Shown here: positions 30,177 through 40,324 of the stretch, one piece after another | Numbering within the stretch: the stretch's first letter is position 1 | How the letters are laid out: the number at the start of each line of letters is the position of its first letter | Assembly: GCA_037310415.1 (NCBI GenBank) | Contig: CP147780.1 | Span: forward strand, 160,001 to 224,000 | Direction: 5' to 3' | DNA: 64,000 nucleotides | Source: Candidatus Atabeyarchaeum deiterrae | GTDB lineage: Archaea; Asgardarchaeota; Atabeyarchaeia; Atabeyarchaeales; Atabeyarchaeaceae | The notes under the pieces: generated by a model | What the model was told of the DNA's origin: nothing | What the model saw: only the letters and a program-made list of their open reading frames with translations | Database searches by the model: none | Program-made: the position numbers and the translations under genes

Positions 30177-30418
30177 TCACCATGACAATCCAGCAAGTAA
30201 CGAACTATACTACAGTCGATAATCAAGCAGAAACTCAATGTTACCTTAAATACTCTAGTGATTGACCACAACATATCTGAATTCACAAAACGTCTTGGAA
30301 TTGAGTTTTTGTTTCCCCGCTCCGAGGACCACTAGAAGATCTGGCACATCGGTCGACGTCAAAAGAAAATGAGGTTGTTGGGAGAACCACCTTAATCGCT
30401 CAAAATGGAGGAGCTCAG

Positions 30419-30766
30419 CTATTTTCCGCCTTTCTTCTTGTCTTTTTCTTTCCTTGCCCCTTCTTGTTTCTTGCCTATTGTAGCCTTGGGTCGACTTTTC
30501 GGAGCAGCACCTTCTTTCACTGTTTTGAATCCCTGTTCTCGCAAAGCCTTAACATTGAAATCGTGAATACTCCTACGCATTCGATCAATCGGCAAATCTG
30601 CTGACTTCACATCATGAACGGATACTCGAGCTTCTCCAATCTCGCCGTAGCTGAAACCTCTGCCGCGCCTGAGTACACCCACCTTAAGAGAAGTGGATCT
30701 AGGCTTAACCAAAGGAATTCTATTAGCATTATTGTTATCCTGTGACATAGGACCTGACAACTCCAT
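30419..30766 (-). CDS. rpl13e: Ribosomal protein eL13 (L13e)
   Basis: RRGRGFSYGEI...IDRMRRSIHDFNV eL13 signature; basic tail. Confidence 0.88.
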   Translation of the reverse strand: MELSGPMSQDNNNANRIPLVKPRSTSLKVGVLRRGRGFSYGEIGEARVSVHDVKSADLPIDRMRRSIHDFNVKALREQGFKTVKEGAAPKSRPKATIGKKQEGARKEKDKKKGGK

Positions 30767-30921
30767 CCAATGACTCGATTGAACCTAGGAATAGCATTGA
30801 AGGGCTTAAAAACCTCTCTCAACAGAAATCGATTGGCCATTACGGAGAAAAAAGAGAAGCATTATTGTGCCTAACCAAAGAATAGAAAAGGGGAGGTTTT
30901 GTAGTCTACGTCCGAGAGAGA

Positions 30922-32754
30922 CTAGCTCTTTTTCTTTCTTTTGCCAGCTTTTTCGAGTTCCTCTATCTCTTTTCTTATCAAATCTGTTTCCTCAACCGGC
31001 TCCAGTTCCTCTTTGGCTCCGAGACTCTCAAGCTCCTTGGCTATTGCATCCACTTCCGATTCGGCCGGCTCAGAAACACCAGCTGGTTCCGCTTCGACTT
31101 GTTTGACTCCTACCGTTCCAGCCTTGGCATCTTGAGCTGCGACTCCCTCGAATTCAATCTTTCCCTTACCAAGTTCTTCTAGCCTCTCCCTTGAGAGTAT
31201 TGACAACTTCGCTTGATAGATGGTTTCAAGTGCTTGAGCTCTGCTTCTCACTGGAATAGGTGACGTGACCTCGCCTCTGCTGATTAGCTTGATGCTCTGA
31301 TCGATCTTCTTGATCACAAAGGGGATTCTAGCTCTCTTGGCGAAAACGTAACCGACGATCAACAGGAATGCCGCCCCTCCGCTGCCTCCCACAGCAAAAA
31401 GGGTGACCATCAAAGGATCCAGAACAGCAACGTTGAAAGAACCCATACTCATATTCCCAGTGTTGCCGGCGTTATCTACCGCGTAGACACGCCAATACCA
31501 CAAACCATTGGCAAGTCCAAAGAAAGGAGTGTAATGAGTCAAGTTCCAGTAAGGCTCCAAGATCATCTGTTCAGAATTGAATGCAGTCGATCTGTCAATC
31601 TCGATCACATAATGACTTACCCCGCTTAGTAGATCAGAGGAGGGATCCCAAATGAGAGTCGGTTTGTCTCCGACCGAGCTTCCTTCGGGAGGGTTTGCAG
31701 GCGCCATCACTGGCGCAGAAGGTCCATGTGAATCATAGATGATCGTGGAATTCACAGGGCCTGCGATTCCCACAGTATTGTTTGCTTTGAAATAGATAAT
31801 CCTGTTTCCATCATTACCAGAACTGAGCGTCCAATTATAGAGTGAGGTTTGATATGGAGACCAACTATAATTCAAATTGTCGTTACTGAAGCCTGCATAC
31901 GACAAACTAGTTCCTGCAGCAGACAATCCTATAGATGTAGTGTTCACGTACCGAGACAACTGCGCAGGCGTGGCGTTCACGGCAGTAGTACGGCCGTATA
32001 GGAACAGGCGTAGATCGGATGGGCGGCTCTTTGCAGGATGAACTATGGTTATCCCTACGTCGTCCCAGTACGTGTAAAAGGATCCGGTTCCACCGCTTTG
32101 GGTGACGGCATTGTAGCGCATCGTAATTCTATATGTGCCGTTTCCACCTTGTGTGATGTAGTTATTCAAGTCAACAGATACAAGGATCCACTGGCTCGTG
32201 GGTGTTGTGAAGTTCCTGGACCAGACTTGACAGATTGTATTGTTGGGCAGTTTCAACCTAGCACTAAGGTAGCTCCCAATTGCACGGGTCACAGTTGGGC
32301 AGTAATAGCGGAAAGTCAGCGAAGTTGAATTGGGTGCTTCTCCTTTGAAAGTTCCATTGTAGAAGAAGTTCTGCCACAAATCAACTCTCCAGGATCCGCT
32401 ACTGGAGGTGGAGAGGTAAATTTGGACAGCTGATGGGCCGGAAAAATAGGTAGAATTTTGGTTTCTGTACGTATATGATGCCCCCGAACCGCTCGGCACT
32501 GTAGAGGAAAACGTCCAGTTTTTCGGTAGGTACCTGTTTGGGGTTAAGGTCGAGTTCCAGATGGAAGTGCTGAAGTTCCGATATGTGGGGAAAACGTCGG
32601 TTACTTCATTTCCTGGGGAACGGTGCGCCGTGATTGTTGGCGTTGACGGTTCTGCCATATTTCCAGCTGTTGAATTGGGGAGAAAAACTAGATTCGTTCC
32701 CATAATTGCCAATAAGGAGATAAGCAAAATCATTGTTGCCGGTCGTTTCCTCAA
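30922..32754 (-). CDS. Single-pass cell-surface glycoprotein (beta-sandwich/FN3-like ectodomain, TM helix, acidic cytoplasmic tail)
   Basis: Signal peptide, many N-x-S/T sequons, WYWRVYAVDNAGN FN3-like motif, hydrophobic TM region, charged tail. Confidence 0.8.
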   Translation of the reverse strand: MRKRPATMILLISLLAIMGTNLVFLPNSTAGNMAEPSTPTITAHRSPGNEVTDVFPTYRNFSTSIWNSTLTPNRYLPKNWTFSSTVPSGSGASYTYRNQNSTYFSGPSAVQIYLSTSSSGSWRVDLWQNFFYNGTFKGEAPNSTSLTFRYYCPTVTRAIGSYLSARLKLPNNTICQVWSRNFTTPTSQWILVSVDLNNYITQGGNGTYRITMRYNAVTQSGGTGSFYTYWDDVGITIVHPAKSRPSDLRLFLYGRTTAVNATPAQLSRYVNTTSIGLSAAGTSLSYAGFSNDNLNYSWSPYQTSLYNWTLSSGNDGNRIIYFKANNTVGIAGPVNSTIIYDSHGPSAPVMAPANPPEGSSVGDKPTLIWDPSSDLLSGVSHYVIEIDRSTAFNSEQMILEPYWNLTHYTPFFGLANGLWYWRVYAVDNAGNTGNMSMGSFNVAVLDPLMVTLFAVGGSGGAAFLLIVGYVFAKRARIPFVIKKIDQSIKLISRGEVTSPIPVRSRAQALETIYQAKLSILSRERLEELGKGKIEFEGVAAQDAKAGTVGVKQVEAEPAGVSEPAESEVDAIAKELESLGAKEELEPVEETDLIRKEIEELEKAGKRKKKS

Positions 32755-33060
32755 CTCGTCTCCACCACGTCTGAGATGTCGCTGTTGGTTCTTACTTATT
32801 GGGACTTACATAAATGTCTTATTGCTGTTTTGCGATATTTTTGGAGATAAATGTCTCATCCTTCTAAAACGCTTCTCTCGATTGAGGAAAGGAGAGCGGA
32901 CACCCCCTATGACTCTCCTAACTCACACCTAATGTCGCTATAATGCGCCTGTTGTAGAACGTAAAGAGCTGTGGATCAGACTTGTGAATGATTGAAGAAA
33001 CAAGTACAATCTCTTGCTAAACTACATCGTGAGGACAAGTGGTCCTCGGTCATGTCTTAT

Positions 33061-33471
33061 TCATACAGCTGTCTCTTCTCTCGGCAGGCCTGCGGTCATG
33101 CTGTCGAGAAGTTCTTCGAGTTTGTCCTTGGTTAGAGAATCTCTAGTTTTCATGATGGACGTGGCCTTTAATTCATTCCTCTCTATTGTTTCTATTGTTC
33201 CCTCAATTGCTTGTTTCTTGATTTCCTTGAGCCCTTTGACGTTGAACCGGTAGGTATCCTTTGTCTTTCTACATCTAGAGTACTTTGTCAAAGAGACATG
33301 CGTGCAAAGACCTTGCTCCTCCCATTTTCTGAGAATATCCTTCACAATGCGATGGACTATCGGGAACCCAGTTCTGCCAATCCGTGCCGCAGTCATTATG
33401 GTTTTTGCGAGTTGGGAGCTTGTAAATTCGTTTGCACGGTATTTAGAGTTTACCTTGGTAATATACTCCAC
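33061..33471 (-). CDS. Hypothetical protein, possible winged helix
   Basis: FTSSQLA...VKDILRKWEEQGLC pattern; the frame stays open about 28 codons upstream without ATG/GTG/TTG. Confidence 0.6.
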   Translation of the reverse strand: MEYITKVNSKYRANEFTSSQLAKTIMTAARIGRTGFPIVHRIVKDILRKWEEQGLCTHVSLTKYSRCRKTKDTYRFNVKGLKEIKKQAIEGTIETIERNELKATSIMKTRDSLTKDKLEELLDSMTAGLPREETAV

Positions 33472-33558
33472 AATTGTGGACCTGAACCCGCTAATCAGCG
33501 CCTCACGAGCAGCTTCTCTATCTTTGGTGTCTATTTCTGTCGTCCTGAATCCCCCTCC

Positions 33559-34692
33559 TTAGCTTATCTTCTCAGGTTTTGCTTTCCGAGGAATCCCAGT
33601 AACCATGCTGAATTCTTCTTTCAAAATTTGTAGATATTTGATCGCCATCCCTTTAGAGAGTTCTCCCGAAGTCCACTTTTCTCTAATGTTGTCTATCATG
33701 TATTCAGGGAAGAATAGCAGGATTTGTGGGTCAGCTTTGAGCAAGTACTTGTTACCATCGTCTCCTCTGCCAGGCACCTCACTTACTATTCCGGATTTCA
33801 TTAGGCTTTTGATGAGTTTCTCAACTTCCTTCATCGACTTGTCAAAAGCTGTGGCAAGCTGTTCTTTCTTCGCCAAGTTATCTCTGAGCAGAGTCACTAA
33901 TTTGTAGAGATTCGTGTCACCAAGTATCTGAGCTACTTCGCCGACTGCGTCATCAGAGACCTTGTATTGCTTGAAGAAGTCGGCAATTTCACCCCTCACA
34001 GATTTTCCCAAGTTTCCCTTTATTTCGCCTTTCAGTATTCTCGTCATTACTGTCTCTGGTGGCGCGAATGTTGCAAACATATCTCTGATTAGAAAAATGC
34101 AGTCGCCTGTCACACCTTCAACAACTGCTTTTCTAATGAGATTAGTCCTTATCAATGGCACGAGGAGGAGGTCTATGTCAGATACCGAAGTTCCAAGTTC
34201 TTGTTCAAGCCATTCTTGCAGCTCGATCTTTGCCATACATCCTTCTGCCAATTTCTTGAAGATAAGTTTCCTTGCGGGATCGAGAAGTATCAAGGCAAGT
34301 CTTTGTTCGAGGGATAATTTCACATAGACTGAGAGTGACTCATAATTCTTCATGAGGAGGTCTTGGAAATCGTTCGCAGCTATTCTCTTAACGAGTTCCC
34401 TGGCGGATTCCGTTAATGGTTCCTCGAATATTCCTGCATCTTCCTCAGCGCTTAGAAGAAGTGCTATGTAGTATTGAGCTTCTCCTCTGGCTGCCAGACC
34501 AGTGTAGTAGCTTGCAACATTCATGGTTTCGAGCTTCATGGACATGAAGCCAGCTTTTCCCTCCCCCATGGCATGTGAGGTGAATATTCTCATCATCTCG
34601 TCAGGGGTCAGTTGGAGGTCCCCAGGGTGTTTCGCCCTTAGTACTGTGCCTTTGGTGTCGTCCCATTTGACGGCAATGATTCCTTTTGGCAT
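33559..34692 (-). CDS. uDENN/longin-like N-terminal domain protein with winged-helix-like C-terminus (NPRL2-like architecture)
   Basis: MPKGIIAVKWDDTKGTVLRAKHP N-terminus; LLVPLIRTNLI and IKSLMKSGIV wHTH-like segments. Confidence 0.6.
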   Translation of the reverse strand: MPKGIIAVKWDDTKGTVLRAKHPGDLQLTPDEMMRIFTSHAMGEGKAGFMSMKLETMNVASYYTGLAARGEAQYYIALLLSAEEDAGIFEEPLTESARELVKRIAANDFQDLLMKNYESLSVYVKLSLEQRLALILLDPARKLIFKKLAEGCMAKIELQEWLEQELGTSVSDIDLLLVPLIRTNLIRKAVVEGVTGDCIFLIRDMFATFAPPETVMTRILKGEIKGNLGKSVRGEIADFFKQYKVSDDAVGEVAQILGDTNLYKLVTLLRDNLAKKEQLATAFDKSMKEVEKLIKSLMKSGIVSEVPGRGDDGNKYLLKADPQILLFFPEYMIDNIREKWTSGELSKGMAIKYLQILKEEFSMVTGIPRKAKPEKIS

Positions 34693-34968
34693 TTGCTTTA
34701 GACCCCTTCCGACTTCGTGGATCATACTATTAGGTTAAATCTGCTTTCCGGTCTTATCGCTTCGGAACGCTTCGTTGACCCAGTCCTGCAGTCGTTTTTT
34801 CTACAGAAGTAATGTAGGGAAAGTAGAATATCAAGATTCCGTTTTGATTAGGGAAATCGCAACACGGCAAATCAGCGGGTTGCTATCAGTAGATCATAAG
34901 AACCTCGTTTCGGGACACAAGAGAGTAGAATCTTACCAGATTCTCTCATGCTACAGCAGTCTGGTCAA

Positions 34969-35415
34969 TCAAGCCAGTTCCCTTTCTAGTGTATCAAGCT
35001 GTTTCTTAGTTTCCCCTGTGTTCTTTACTTCTCCTGAGTCAATCCGTACGCGGAGGGATATCCATTTGAATGAATCAGTCAATAGCTTCGGGAAGCTTTC
35101 CTGAGTCCGACGCGCAATTAGTTTGCCCGATACCCTGTCAAGCGCGTCTCTATATTTCTCACCGTTTTCGTCTTGTCTAAGTACTATGGCGACCATGTAC
35201 TGTGGTCTTCCTCTCACAGCCATTCCTGTGTAGAAGCTTGCAATGTTAGAGTTTCCTATTCTTAGGGTTTGGAAACCCGTTGTCCCAGCCATTGCGGCGC
35301 TGCTGAAGGCTGTAATCAAGTTGCCTTCATTATAGAAACGTTCATTCGGATAGTGCTCTCCTACAACTGGCCCCGTGGCGTCATCCCAGTGCAGTATCAC
35401 CAATCCTTTAGGCAT
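34969..35415 (-). CDS. Stand-alone uDENN/longin-like protein, paralog of the downstream gene's N-terminus
   Basis: MPKGLVILHWDDATGPVVGEHYP...NIASFYTG...QY aligns by eye to the neighbour. Confidence 0.6.
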   Translation of the reverse strand: MPKGLVILHWDDATGPVVGEHYPNERFYNEGNLITAFSSAAMAGTTGFQTLRIGNSNIASFYTGMAVRGRPQYMVAIVLRQDENGEKYRDALDRVSGKLIARRTQESFPKLLTDSFKWISLRVRIDSGEVKNTGETKKQLDTLERELA

Positions 35416-35609
35416 GGATAGTTAGTTCCTCCCAACCATACGTTAAGGTATTAATAGCGCGAGAATCCATCTTGCGAATCTCACAAGTTGTGCGCAAACG
35501 CTGACAAGTGTAGTATTGTTTCCCGACTTTAAAATCTTTTACCGAAAGTCAAAGGAATTCGGGGTCTACTTGCGAACTCGGAGCAAGCCGTTGAGGACGC
35601 CAAGTTGGG

Positions 35610-36383
35610 CTATAGGAGGATGTAGGATGAGGAATTGGCCTTGATGAAGTCGAGTGTTCGTTTGTACTCACCTGTTAATTGACTAAATCCGTCCTCTGGC
35701 TCACTTCGTTCAGAGCTTTGTTCGATGATGCTCCACTCCGAAAGAGACTGCTTCGAAGGCGAAATTAGTTCCCGTTTGTCAACCCACAGAATTCTCACCT
35801 TGTTTGCGTCGTCATACCTGCCTTTCAATAGATCATCTGTAAAGGGTGCATAGATTTTCCTGTGAACTCCGCCCAATGTAAATCTCGCTTTGGCCAAACC
35901 ACTTGTGAATCTAATCTCAAGTTTCACTTTTGAGGTTGTTGTGTATTCGACTTTCGGGATTGTGGCCAGAGGTTTGACCTCTGCAATCTTCTTTTCGACG
36001 AGGGGGTTTCCTCGCGCCATCATGACTCTCTTTACGTAACTTTCTATTTCCGCCTTTGACGACTCTGTCAGGGGATCTATAACCTCAGGCGAGATTATGT
36101 TCACGAGAGGAAGAGGTTCCCAAGGTCTAAGCTCAGTTGGATCGAATATTACTCCAGAAATCGCTTGGTCGAAGTCAATTTCTCCTGTGGTCTTCTTGAT
36201 GGTTCCCTTGACGTAGCCTGGACCGATTAGTGCCGATCTTACTCGTTCTTCCAAGATCAGCGTCCAGAGTTGTCTGGAGGCAACCAAGAGCTTTCCATCG
36301 AGCCTATCTCGCCCAAATCGCGACGTGAAATTTGGAATAGTGAAGTCTACGAGCCAGTACACAACTTTCTGCTGACGGGACAA
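35610..36383 (-). CDS. Hypothetical protein
   Basis: 257-aa ORF with GGGGAG SD; no motif recognised. Confidence 0.7.
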   Translation of the reverse strand: MSRQQKVVYWLVDFTIPNFTSRFGRDRLDGKLLVASRQLWTLILEERVRSALIGPGYVKGTIKKTTGEIDFDQAISGVIFDPTELRPWEPLPLVNIISPEVIDPLTESSKAEIESYVKRVMMARGNPLVEKKIAEVKPLATIPKVEYTTTSKVKLEIRFTSGLAKARFTLGGVHRKIYAPFTDDLLKGRYDDANKVRILWVDKRELISPSKQSLSEWSIIEQSSERSEPEDGFSQLTGEYKRTLDFIKANSSSYILL

Positions 36384-36448
36384 CTTTAACTCCCCTGAAT
36401 AATATACTGTCCTTTTCCTATGGGTCTACTCGGATATAACATATGGCA

Positions 36449-37762
36449 CTAGTTTTGGTTCTGATCTTTTGTACTGATCTCCCCCACGACGGCACTCTTT
36501 GGTTTGAAGAAGTTATCAAGGAAGTAGTCTGTCATGAAGTCGCATAATGAGTCTAAGTCAACCCTCTCTGTTGATTTCGGGTCTTCCATTTGCTCCTTGT
36601 GCACGAAACGCTCTAACTTTGGGAGCAATTCCTCTACCCTTGGTTTTTTATTCATGGTGAAACGGTCATGCATTTGAAGTATCATATCAACAGCTACCTC
36701 GATAGGTTGCTTGGTTTCACCCGCCAATATCCTATGGACCTTCTGAACTGTCTTCTGAAGAAACTCATGCGAGTCTTCTCTTTGCTTAGCTAGTCTAATG
36801 TCCCGCTCCAAGAAATCATAGGGATTTCCCAGTAGTGGATGGAGTTCACCGTGACTTGGAATTGGTGACGTGACAACTAGATAACTCCCCTTCTCGATTG
36901 ATGCAGAAGAGGCTGCTTCCTTTACCATCAGTTGTACGATGAGTTCGGCTAGGCTCTCCTTGGACATTGACTCAAGCGGTAGTTCGATGTCAGATAGAGC
37001 TTTCTCCACTTCAAGCGCGATCTTTTTCACTGGTTCGACTTCTCTGCTGGACCAAGATTCTAAATTGACTGCGCCCAAAGCTGATTTCAACTTGCTCAGC
37101 ATTGATCGGACTTCTTCTACTTTCCTTGAAAGGAAAAGTTTTGCTTTTTCCAGTTTGTTGGGGCTTTTCAGAATTGCTTCGACTATCACCAACGACCCAA
37201 GAAGTGCGTTACCTTGTCTATGGGAGGTAATCCATCGGTGGATGACTGGTGTTATGAGACCTCGTGTGATCTTCCGTCTGTCATAAATGATTAAAGAGAC
37301 CTTTTCAAACGGGATCTCTTTTGAAGTAAGAAGCGATTCTAATGTACTGAGGGTTGCTGTCTGGTCACTTATCTGTCGGCTGAATCTTCTGTAAAGGTAT
37401 TCTATCCATTCTCCCTCTCTGATGGCGAAGTCAAGCTGGGATGATTCTATGGGTGGTACGGGGTAGTCTACAGAGTTTAGTCTTCCATACTCTCTTTTTA
37501 GAAGCTCACATACGGTTTCGGCGGAGAGTATTCCATCTTGGTCGATCTGGTATGAAACAAGTCCGAGGGCGAGAGGCACGCCATGGTTTTCAGCTATTTT
37601 CTTCGCGAATGATATGGGGACCTTCAGAACCTTCTGGCTGAGCTCACCATAAATTACTTTGAACTCTTCATTCAGGTCGTGAATATTTTTATCGACTTGG
37701 ACTTCGTCTCCCCCCGGATAATGCTTTCCGCCCTTCAGTTCCTTCTTAATCCAGCTACTCAA
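36449..37762 (-). CDS. Hypothetical, largely helical protein
   Basis: 437-aa ORF with SD; no motif recognised. Confidence 0.75.
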   Translation of the reverse strand: MSSWIKKELKGGKHYPGGDEVQVDKNIHDLNEEFKVIYGELSQKVLKVPISFAKKIAENHGVPLALGLVSYQIDQDGILSAETVCELLKREYGRLNSVDYPVPPIESSQLDFAIREGEWIEYLYRRFSRQISDQTATLSTLESLLTSKEIPFEKVSLIIYDRRKITRGLITPVIHRWITSHRQGNALLGSLVIVEAILKSPNKLEKAKLFLSRKVEEVRSMLSKLKSALGAVNLESWSSREVEPVKKIALEVEKALSDIELPLESMSKESLAELIVQLMVKEAASSASIEKGSYLVVTSPIPSHGELHPLLGNPYDFLERDIRLAKQREDSHEFLQKTVQKVHRILAGETKQPIEVAVDMILQMHDRFTMNKKPRVEELLPKLERFVHKEQMEDPKSTERVDLDSLCDFMTDYFLDNFFKPKSAVVGEISTKDQNQN

Positions 37763-37900
37763 TGTTTCTCCCCTCTTCTTCTGAAACGATGATAAGAGTG
37801 ACCTAGTTTGTGTTCTGGCACAGAATTGAGTGATGATATGTGAGACGGCAAATAAGACTAGGATCGTTCCTTAGTATAAGTGTCATTTCCCCTTGTCGTG

Positions 37901-38089
37901 CTAGAAATATGAAGAAACCAGAATGAATTGAATGCCGAATCCTAGCAGTAGAGACATGATTGTGACTGTCGCGGATGTCTTGAACAAGGAGAATTTGACA
38001 GTGTACTCTACTTGCATTACTAGCCAAATCACCATGATTATGCCAAAGAATATGAATAACATGCCTAGACCTGATATTAGTGCGGACAT
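37901..38089 (-). CDS. OST5/TMEM258-like two-TM protein
   Basis: G-x5-W...TVK..LFK...SLLLGFGIQFIL resembles the TMEM258 pattern (SLFMGFGVLFLL) as recalled. Confidence 0.6.
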   Translation of the reverse strand: MSALISGLGMLFIFFGIIMVIWLVMQVEYTVKFSLFKTSATVTIMSLLLGFGIQFILVSSYF

Positions 38090-38208
38090 TTTTGGTTCAC
38101 CAAGCAACCATGATAGGTTTGCGATCAGCAGATACTTCCCTAAAAGGTGATCCTTTGGTTCAATTTTAACTTTTTGTTCAAGTAAGTATTTAAAGGCTTG
38201 GAAGCTCG

Positions 38209-39177
38209 TTAGATTTTGAATCCGTATTCTTCCTCGAAGATCTTCCTCAGGAGGAAGTAGGCTCCTTGTGGAGGGATCACTCCTCGTTCAGTTATTATAG
38301 CATCGATGTATTCTGCAGGGCAGACGTCGAACTGAGGGTTCCTGATCGTAAGGTTCTCCTGTCGCTCCTCATCGTATATCTTAGAGGGGTCTTCTTCTTC
38401 TATCGTGATTCGCTGTCCAAGTATCGATTCGGGATAGAATTTGTAGGTCCCAGCTGCTACCAACGTTCTCACTCGGGCCTCATGTGCTACCGTGGCTATC
38501 ATTGATGTGCCGATCTTGTTGACTATTGCACCATTCACCGCGATGGCTTCAGCGCCCACAAGGACGTTATCTGCATCGTGCATGAATACCCTCGCCGCGA
38601 TGTCGATTATGAAAGTCACTGGGAAGCCGATTCTCAGGATCTCTTGAGTCATCTTCTTGCCTTCAAGTGCAGGTCGAGATTCAGTAACAATGGCCTTCAC
38701 TTCTTTTCCTTCCTCTTTGACTTTCTTCAGTATCGAAAGAACTGAGGTACTGTAACAATGAGTGAAGACAACGTCACCATTGCTTATTCTCTTCGAACCT
38801 ATTTCCCCTATCTTCGCTTTGGCCTCATCAATTCGAATTCGAAAGGTCTTGGCTGCATCTACCGCTGATTGTCTTACATCTTCCACCGTACCACTGTTTT
38901 TTGCCGCTAACGTAGCTCTATAGATGACGTACCGAGTTGAGTTCTGAAGAGAAGCAGAGGTTTGACGAGATTCTGAAAGTATCTTTGCCGTCTTCTTGAG
39001 CTCATCCAAGTATTCTTCGGGACTATTCTTGGTGATCGCCAGTGCTGACCTTTGCAGAGCATATGCTGCCGCATTGGCCGTATCGTCTGCCGTAGAGATC
39101 TCTCTACTTCTTATTCTTTTTACGATGTCACTTATTGTACTGGACGCCTCGTCTCGCACTTGCCTAGCCCCCTTCAA
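38209..39177 (-). CDS. eIF-2B alpha/beta/delta family protein, divergent R15P-isomerase paralog
   Basis: THCYS, TESRP, VGAEAI..NGAIVNKIGT, NPQFD, ITERG; lacks the IRGA motif. Confidence 0.85.
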   Translation of the reverse strand: MKGARQVRDEASSTISDIVKRIRSREISTADDTANAAAYALQRSALAITKNSPEEYLDELKKTAKILSESRQTSASLQNSTRYVIYRATLAAKNSGTVEDVRQSAVDAAKTFRIRIDEAKAKIGEIGSKRISNGDVVFTHCYSTSVLSILKKVKEEGKEVKAIVTESRPALEGKKMTQEILRIGFPVTFIIDIAARVFMHDADNVLVGAEAIAVNGAIVNKIGTSMIATVAHEARVRTLVAAGTYKFYPESILGQRITIEEEDPSKIYDEERQENLTIRNPQFDVCPAEYIDAIITERGVIPPQGAYFLLRKIFEEEYGFKI

Positions 39178-39340
39178 TCAAACAGGTGCATGCCACTCGA
39201 AAAAGTGGAGTGGGGATTACCTTGAAGAGTAATATATCTTTTGTATGTTGAGCATCTTTTAATAAGTTATCTGATGATCTTACACCTAGGAATCGCTAGA
39301 TTTTTGACCAGGGATATTTCGAGAAAGAAGAGGTGGCAGG

Positions 39341-40303
39341 TTGACTTTGGATGAAGAAGTTGAACGTATTGCCCGAGACATTGAGTCTATGAAAATAAGA
39401 GGTGCGGGTAGAATAGCGATGGCTGCCGCGAGTGCTCTTGCTATCACATCTTCGAAGTCGATTGCGACTAGCCGGGAGGAGTTTGTTGAAGAAATGCTAA
39501 TGGCTGCAAGAAGGTTGATAGCAACTCGACCTACTGCTGTTTCTCTTCCCAATAGCGTGAGGTTTGTCATGAAGAAACTAAGAGAAGGCGTTAATGCCAG
39601 CTATTCGCTTGAGGAGCTCAAGAGACACGTCATAAGCACTAGCAAGGAATTCATCAAGAACTCGGAAGAGGCTGTGACGAAGATAGGGGAGTATGGGAGC
39701 AAGCTCATAGAGAAAAATGAGACGATAATGACTCACTGTAATTCTGCGACTGCTATTGAGATCATTAAAACAGCCAATAGGCAAGGTAAGAGTATCAAGG
39801 TTTTCGCTACAGAGACTCGACCTTTGTTTCAGGGGCATATTACTTCTCAGATTCTTAGTAGAGAAGGTATCGATGTTACTTTGATATGTGACAATGCTGT
39901 GAGGCATTTCATTGACAAAATCGACAAGGTTATTGTGGGAGCTGACGCTATCGCCGCGAATGGCGCGCTCGTGAACAAGATCGGAACTTCACTAGTAGCT
40001 CTGGCAGCCAAGGAGGCCTCGATCCCATTTATTGTTGGAACTGAGACAATTAAGTTCAGTCCTGAGACGATCATAGGGGAGCTAATCAAGATAGAAGAGA
40101 GACCTTGGAGTGAAGTAATTAACGCAGACATCCTGAGCAATATTGGAAACATAAAAGTTCATAACCCAGCTTTCGACATAACCCCACCCGAATACGTTGA
40201 CATGATTGTCACCGAAAAAGGCGTGATTCCACCTCAAGGCGCGATTCAAGTTCTCTCAGAAGAATATGGATGGCTGACTCCAGAAGAGTTATACATCTTG
40301 TAG
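39341..40303 (+). CDS. Ribose-1,5-bisphosphate isomerase
   Basis: MKIRGAG, RPTAVSL, THCNS, TETRP, VGADAI, NKIGT; directly upstream of RuBisCO. Confidence 0.9.
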   Translation: MTLDEEVERIARDIESMKIRGAGRIAMAAASALAITSSKSIATSREEFVEEMLMAARRLIATRPTAVSLPNSVRFVMKKLREGVNASYSLEELKRHVISTSKEFIKNSEEAVTKIGEYGSKLIEKNETIMTHCNSATAIEIIKTANRQGKSIKVFATETRPLFQGHITSQILSREGIDVTLICDNAVRHFIDKIDKVIVGADAIAANGALVNKIGTSLVALAAKEASIPFIVGTETIKFSPETIIGELIKIEERPWSEVINADILSNIGNIKVHNPAFDITPPEYVDMIVTEKGVIPPQGAIQVLSEEYGWLTPEELYIL

Positions 40304-40324
40304 AATACGAATGGTTGATGACAG

